Of a DNA stretch of 64,000 nt, positions 58,913-64,000 are shown piece by piece. How positions within the stretch are numbered: position 1 is the stretch's first letter; every line of letters begins with the position of its first letter. Made by a program: the position numbers and the translations under genes. Under the pieces are notes generated by a model. That model saw only the letters and a program-made list of their open reading frames with translations. It made no database searches and had not been told where the DNA came from. The DNA is taken from positions 13,400 through 77,399 of the forward strand of contig PYJD01000007.1 in NCBI GenBank assembly GCA_003635315.1, in the 5' to 3' direction. Source of the DNA: Candidatus Poribacteria bacterium (GTDB lineage Bacteria > Poribacteria > WGA-4E > WGA-3G).

Positions 58913-61900
58913 ATGAATAAGTTTAAACTGGTTGTAAATTGTGCTTTAATGCTGTTTTGGATGATAGGAATGTTCGTATTCTTTGGCTGTGGGGCACAAA
59001 GTCTCGGTCCGTATGAACCTTTATTGCCTGCTATCGAAGGAGCTGATAAGTTCTCAGATAGATTCCAATTGGACGAAGAACCCAACTTTTACTATGATCT
59101 CTATGGTACAGAAATTGTTGAAGGGACAGAACTCAATAGATATTCTGATGAAAAACAATTTGATAAGAACGGTAAATTGGTTGTGGGGTGGACAGGGCAA
59201 CTTGATAGTCTGCGTTTCACTTCGCAATTAGAACGGACTATAATAGTTGAAGAAACTTTTCTTGGAAGATTTACTGAGTTTGCTATAGGGGATCACTTAC
59301 GACTAAAACCTTCTACTTTGTTTCCAAATCGATATATTATATATAAGACAGAATTCGATGGTTTGCGATGGGATATTTCTTTTGCTCAAGAACACCATCT
59401 ATTTTCACTTATCCACTCACGGATCTCTAATCCCATTCGAATTACAGACGCTATTCCAGGACAAAGACTGGGTGGAGAACTCGGTCGAAGAAATGGGTTG
59501 AACCAGTTATCTGGTGTCAGGAATATTGAAAATGCAAGATTGGTTGGGTTTCGTGGACAAGGATTGATAGGTGAGTTATTTCGTGTAGGTTTTACGTATG
59601 TTAATATGCATAAGGAACATCCAGAACGATTAATTGGATCATTGATGGGAACCGTTGCAAATACACCACCCGAAGTAATATCTATTGTTTTTCGTGATGA
59701 CTCACCCGAAGATAACCATACAGACCTATTAACAGATTTTGACAATTATGATGCAGCTTTACATGGGGATAGTATTCAGGAAGGGGTTGGTGTTGCATTT
59801 AAGAGCATGAAGATCACCATCGTTACACAAGAACTTGAAGAATTGACACCTGAAGATATCAAAGAGGGAATTGAACCAAAACACCTACCAGAAGAAACAC
59901 GCTACATTGAAGTCAGTGCGGACCAGATCGTTCCTGTTAATCACGCTGGAGGCCCTTCAGTAGTACGGAATTCAGTAGACGGGAAATGGAGAATCGTTAG
60001 TGGTTTCAATAAGATGAAATACGACTTGATTCTCACTGATCAAAGAATAGATATTGACCCACGAACTGTTAGATCTGTTGTGTTTGATATGGTAGTTGCG
60101 GGGGATTACAACATTGCTGTCATCGGATTTAGCGAAGCAAATAAATCTGAATCAAATCCGTCATTGCAAGAGTGGATTAAAACCGACGATGGACATATTC
60201 AAATTCCCTATCGTGATATTATACAAGCTCCTGGTAATTATGGACAATCTGATGAATATATTTCTAACAGAAGAAAACTTGCTGACAATCCCAGTGAGTG
60301 GAAGGGTGAAGGAAGACCTCGGAAAGTAAGATATCGTTATGGTAGTGCAAGAGCTGCCACTTTATACGGAATTGATATTGAAGGAACGGTCAGTAATGTC
60401 CGCATCAGAGCACAGTATTCTATTAACGGCAAATATAAACAGTATCCAACAGTTCCAAAAGACAAGGTAGGATTTAGTCGTAAGGAGACTACAGTAAAAA
60501 CCCCCACTGGAGAAGAAGAAACAGGTGTATCCCTTGATAGACGAACTGGACTCTATGTAGATGCACAGGGGATTCCCACTTACTCGGAAACGGAAGGTGA
60601 ACGGTTTGAAACTTTATTGGGAGGGGACGGAACTGAAGAGGATGGAGATGGTATTCTCGGTAGAGAAAAGGCATGGTTTATCCAACTTGAATCCCGCTTT
60701 GAAAAACTTCACTTAGAGGGTGCAATATATCATATTGATCCTGGCTACACAACCAACTACCAGAATTTTGGTGCACATCCGGGGAGAGGTCAAATTTATA
60801 CAATTGGTCCACCCCAAGGTAATAACCCAATTCCTCCTGAAGTAGAATCATGGGATGAAGGCATTTACAATTTGGTTGAGGATGACGATGATGGGGATGA
60901 CTGGCCCGATGACATCGACTTTGATGGACTCATTCCACTCGCAGATGACAGAGACCAGAACGGTGTATTAGATTTCCAAGAGGACTTTCTTATTTTTGAT
61001 GCTGACCCACCTGTGTTCACAAACATTACTGACTTAAACAATAACGGCATTGTTGATTCCATTGAAGATAACTACGAACCAGAATACGAATATGGAATAG
61101 ATCGTAAAGGGTACCACCTTAAAGCAGAATACGATATACTTGACAATCTCGCACTCAAAGTTGGTTGGATAAACGAACGGGAGATTTCAAGCAGACGGAA
61201 AAACAACTCCAAATACATACATCTCACCTATGAACGCGACATCCCCGATTTTGGTAGTTTTTTCTTTCAAAATAGATATGTTAGAGCACAAGATGATATT
61301 CCGGAATACACAATTGCCTTACCTGTTGGAGAATTGGAACCGATCCATTTTAATGATGAGCTTGATTATTACAACGCGCGTAGGAATACAACAACTTTCC
61401 AACTCATATATACTGCTGTGAAGAATTTGACGCTTGAAGCCAAGGCATTAGTTTTTATGCATAAACAATTTGAACAGGATGTTGAAAAAGCACTGTTTAC
61501 AGATATTGAATATGATCCTGGAACAGAGAATTTTGAACCTGATGAACGTGTTGATTTTATGGTGCCAATAGATCAGGTGCGTTCTGTTAACAGAAGAAGA
61601 TATTACCCTTTCTATCCAGATCACGGATTAAATGCTCTTGATCCAAGCGATACAGGTTTAATTTATGATGAATCAAACTGGAAGAAACGCCGTTATGCGG
61701 AACAGATTATATACAATCAACTGACAATTCTTAAAGCAAGATACGAAATTCCCTTGGGTAATCTTCCATTTATCAGAAAACATAGTGAAGGTTTCTCACT
61801 TACCCCGATGGTAAAATATGTTTGGGAACGCGCTTTTGATAGAGATGGTGATGAAATACCCAAAATACTTAACCCTAAATTGTATTCACCAACCGATGAT

Positions 61901-62254
61901 CAGACAGTCGAATATTTACGGTTCAATAAAAGAAGTCGCGAGGATATTCTCGGTTTTCGACTGGATTATCAGTTTACACAGAGATTTAAAATTCTCGGTG
62001 GATTTCAATATAGGAAATTTACCAACCGAAATAAGATCTTTAAGAACTATTTACGGAATTTTCCTGTTGATACGGAAATCCCATATTTACATCGTCCCGA
62101 CCTACGCACCCGTATTTTTGAAATTCAAGCTATCAATAGGGGAAGTTGGCTGGGGTTCTATATTGTAGTACTTTCCGGACACCGTATAACAAACAATCTG
62201 TTCCGGCATACGATAAGTAATACCACCTATGTTCGTGCAATGGTTGGATTCTAA
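58913..62254 (+). CDS. Large predicted outer-membrane beta-barrel protein with acidic Ca-binding-like insert, paralog of 48595..50568
   Basis: Possible lipobox FFGC; terminal YVRAMVGF; insert EDDDDGDDWPDD...DRDQNGVLDFQED...DLNNNGIVDSIED. Confidence 0.6.
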   Translation: MNKFKLVVNCALMLFWMIGMFVFFGCGAQSLGPYEPLLPAIEGADKFSDRFQLDEEPNFYYDLYGTEIVEGTELNRYSDEKQFDKNGKLVVGWTGQLDSLRFTSQLERTIIVEETFLGRFTEFAIGDHLRLKPSTLFPNRYIIYKTEFDGLRWDISFAQEHHLFSLIHSRISNPIRITDAIPGQRLGGELGRRNGLNQLSGVRNIENARLVGFRGQGLIGELFRVGFTYVNMHKEHPERLIGSLMGTVANTPPEVISIVFRDDSPEDNHTDLLTDFDNYDAALHGDSIQEGVGVAFKSMKITIVTQELEELTPEDIKEGIEPKHLPEETRYIEVSADQIVPVNHAGGPSVVRNSVDGKWRIVSGFNKMKYDLILTDQRIDIDPRTVRSVVFDMVVAGDYNIAVIGFSEANKSESNPSLQEWIKTDDGHIQIPYRDIIQAPGNYGQSDEYISNRRKLADNPSEWKGEGRPRKVRYRYGSARAATLYGIDIEGTVSNVRIRAQYSINGKYKQYPTVPKDKVGFSRKETTVKTPTGEEETGVSLDRRTGLYVDAQGIPTYSETEGERFETLLGGDGTEEDGDGILGREKAWFIQLESRFEKLHLEGAIYHIDPGYTTNYQNFGAHPGRGQIYTIGPPQGNNPIPPEVESWDEGIYNLVEDDDDGDDWPDDIDFDGLIPLADDRDQNGVLDFQEDFLIFDADPPVFTNITDLNNNGIVDSIEDNYEPEYEYGIDRKGYHLKAEYDILDNLALKVGWINEREISSRRKNNSKYIHLTYERDIPDFGSFFFQNRYVRAQDDIPEYTIALPVGELEPIHFNDELDYYNARRNTTTFQLIYTAVKNLTLEAKALVFMHKQFEQDVEKALFTDIEYDPGTENFEPDERVDFMVPIDQVRSVNRRRYYPFYPDHGLNALDPSDTGLIYDESNWKKRRYAEQIIYNQLTILKARYEIPLGNLPFIRKHSEGFSLTPMVKYVWERAFDRDGDEIPKILNPKLYSPTDDQTVEYLRFNKRSREDILGFRLDYQFTQRFKILGGFQYRKFTNRNKIFKNYLRNFPVDTEIPYLHRPDLRTRIFEIQAINRGSWLGFYIVVLSGHRITNNLFRHTISNTTYVRAMVGF

Positions 62255-62371
62255 TCCCATTTCTATTTGCAGGGAAAGAGAACCATCTAAATATAATTGA
62301 TGAAATAGGTCTGAATAAAACCTATATACATCTCCCAGTAAGATTACTATAGGAGCAATAGGAGATTTATC

Positions 62372-64000
62372 ATGAATACCAACCCCACTCATTTAAGACG
62401 TAGATTATTGTTATATGGTACACTTTTATGGATTTTAGGTATACCTCGGTTTATTAATGCCATTGAACCAATTGCAACAATTGGACAACCAACCCCACTA
62501 CAGCACGCTTTTCTTACAAATGACACATTTGTCCGCGTTGTACCAACACATATTCAAATCGTGAATGCCGATACAGGTTTAGTGATAGATGAATTTGCTA
62601 AGCTAAATGAATATGATGATGTTGTCTTTAGTTCAGAAACCACGCATTGTGCAATTCAGAAATCGTTAGATAATCCCAGGGGATATACTATAGAGATTTG
62701 GGATGTTAATGCACGTGCGCAAATTTCTCAATGGGATATTGAAGATGATTTTCGTATCGCTGCCTTCAGTCCTACTGAACCAATATTTGCAGCAATTATT
62801 AGCAACAAAGTTAATCTATGGAATTGGCAAACAGGTGAACAAATTGGCATGATGGTAGATGCCCGACGTCCAGCTAACCCATGCTATACCTATACATATC
62901 CTGACGGAAGGGGGACAAGTCGTACCTGTCTCAGTCCTGCAGGCGAGAATAAAATGGTGTTTACACCAGATGGAAAATTTCTATTTGTGGCATCACAACG
63001 ACCAGATATAGAGGTGTGGAACATCGAAACACGCACATTAGTTGAGCACATTGAAGGACACACAGGTGACTGGGTTGATGGTCTGGTTATCAGTTCTGAT
63101 GGAAAGTACTTGGCTTCGTTTGAAAGCATCGCAGGCATAGTTTATATATGGGATGTGGCAACAAGACAACTATTATGGACAACCAAGAACGGTAATGGAT
63201 ATATTACAAGCATTGCCTTTAGTCCGAATAGTCAACATTTATATGTTACCACGACAACAGCAAGGTTCTGGAGGTCTGGACTTAATCCATGGGAAGGATG
63301 GGATGAAAAGGTCAGAGTCTGGAATGTTAAGTCGAGTGAACAAATTGATACCATTGAGACGAAGTTTCGTAGTTTAAGCAGAATAGAAATATCTCCAGAC
63401 GGGAAAACATCACTAATTGAATATTCTGATGGGATTATACTATGGGATATAGAGAAAAAAGAACCGGTGCATGAGTGGACAGACTTTGCAGGACGTTGGT
63501 TCTGGGAACTCCCTGATTTGAGTCCTGATGGAAAAACGGTAGTCTCATTATCTCGTCATTTTATAAAGACTTGGGATGTATCAACACAACAGATGGGATT
63601 ACTAATTTCTGCAGAGGATTATAGATTCGAAGGATTGGCAATTTCACCGGATAGTAAAAAGATTGCTGTTGGCAAAGATCCGTGGATTGATATTCTTGAC
63701 ATTCAAACAGGTAATGTTGAAACCCAAATTCCTCCGAAGTTTGTTTGGTCTATTGAAAAAATTGCATTCAGCCAAACAGGTAGGTGGCTTGCTGTATCAG
63801 ATGGTAATGATGATCTTGCAATTGTGGATATGAATAATTCTGATAAATCCCAGAATCTCAAACAAGATGATGTCCCAGTTGGTATAAAAGGATATAGAGA
63901 ATTTGCCTTTAGTGAAAATGATACCTACTTTGTAGCTTCAGGACGAACCGGTAATAACAATAATTATCAATATTGGATCCAATTGTGGAAACCTATAAAC
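62372..64000 (+). CDS. Secreted WD40-repeat beta-propeller protein (3'-partial, absent from the ORF track)
   Basis: ATG at 62372 after a GGAG RBS; I translated the frame and found no stop to the window end. Signal-like N-terminus; repeats such as EGHTGDWVDGLVISSDGKYLAS...WDV and AFSPNSQ...VWNV. Confidence 0.88.
   Translation, partial: MNTNPTHLRRRLLLYGTLLWILGIPRFINAIEPIATIGQPTPLQHAFLTNDTFVRVVPTHIQIVNADTGLVIDEFAKLNEYDDVVFSSETTHCAIQKSLDNPRGYTIEIWDVNARAQISQWDIEDDFRIAAFSPTEPIFAAIISNKVNLWNWQTGEQIGMMVDARRPANPCYTYTYPDGRGTSRTCLSPAGENKMVFTPDGKFLFVASQRPDIEVWNIETRTLVEHIEGHTGDWVDGLVISSDGKYLASFESIAGIVYIWDVATRQLLWTTKNGNGYITSIAFSPNSQHLYVTTTTARFWRSGLNPWEGWDEKVRVWNVKSSEQIDTIETKFRSLSRIEISPDGKTSLIEYSDGIILWDIEKKEPVHEWTDFAGRWFWELPDLSPDGKTVVSLSRHFIKTWDVSTQQMGLLISAEDYRFEGLAISPDSKKIAVGKDPWIDILDIQTGNVETQIPPKFVWSIEKIAFSQTGRWLAVSDGNDDLAIVDMNNSDKSQNLKQDDVPVGIKGYREFAFSENDTYFVASGRTGNNNNYQYWIQLWKPIN

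Noticed and set aside
1-64000. tRNA, rRNA, integrase, transposase, or selenocysteine/pyrrolysine read-through
   Set aside because: No T-loop/cloverleaf, rRNA signature or recombinase motif was seen by eye, and no ORF pair suggested in-frame read-through. tRNAscan-SE and Infernal would be needed to exclude small RNAs.

Overview
Bacterial genomic window of low to moderate GC. It is most likely Candidatus Poribacteria or a relative. That taxonomy is inferred from two secreted proteins ending in 'AVDPKxKLTTTWGxLK', the Gfo/Idh/MocA expansion, and the WD40, CRTAC1 and DUF1501/1549/1553 content. All family calls come from motifs recognised by eye; no database search was run. (1) 1-15.2 kb is a defence island built on a type I restriction-modification cassette: hsdS, hsdR and a short M48 peptidase are present, and hsdM is not in the window. 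The cassette carries cargo genes: a 5'-truncated TPR-GreAB-C-PIN protein with a whole DUF433 antitoxin-like protein fused at its C-terminus, a CoiA-like nuclease, DUF2806, an AAA-ATPase/PD-(D/E)xK protein, HicA with a HicB fused to about 390 extra residues, and a convergent DUF932 gene. (2) 16-37 kb is catabolic and accessory: a PL2-like lyase, TIM-barrel isomerases, M16 peptidase, ceramidase-like protein, LLM monooxygenase, an orphan ABC binding protein, five Gfo/Idh/MocA enzymes (four of them close tandem paralogs), two malectin-like secreted proteins, a CRTAC1 protein, a HAD hydrolase and a lipoprotein pair. (3) 37.6-48.4 kb (minus strand) is a BlaI/BlaR1-headed Planctomycete-type cluster (DUF1501, PQQ-like propeller, DUF1549/1553, cytochrome c-WD40) with an unusual BlaR1 architecture. 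(4) 48.6-64 kb holds envelope genes: two paralogous predicted outer-membrane barrels with acidic Ca-binding-like inserts, a 1407-aa propeller lipoprotein, an apiosidase-like enzyme, two small lipoproteins and a 3'-truncated WD40 protein. Intergenic spaces carry GTAG-type REP-like hairpins. No rRNA, tRNA, CRISPR array, transposase or integrase was seen.
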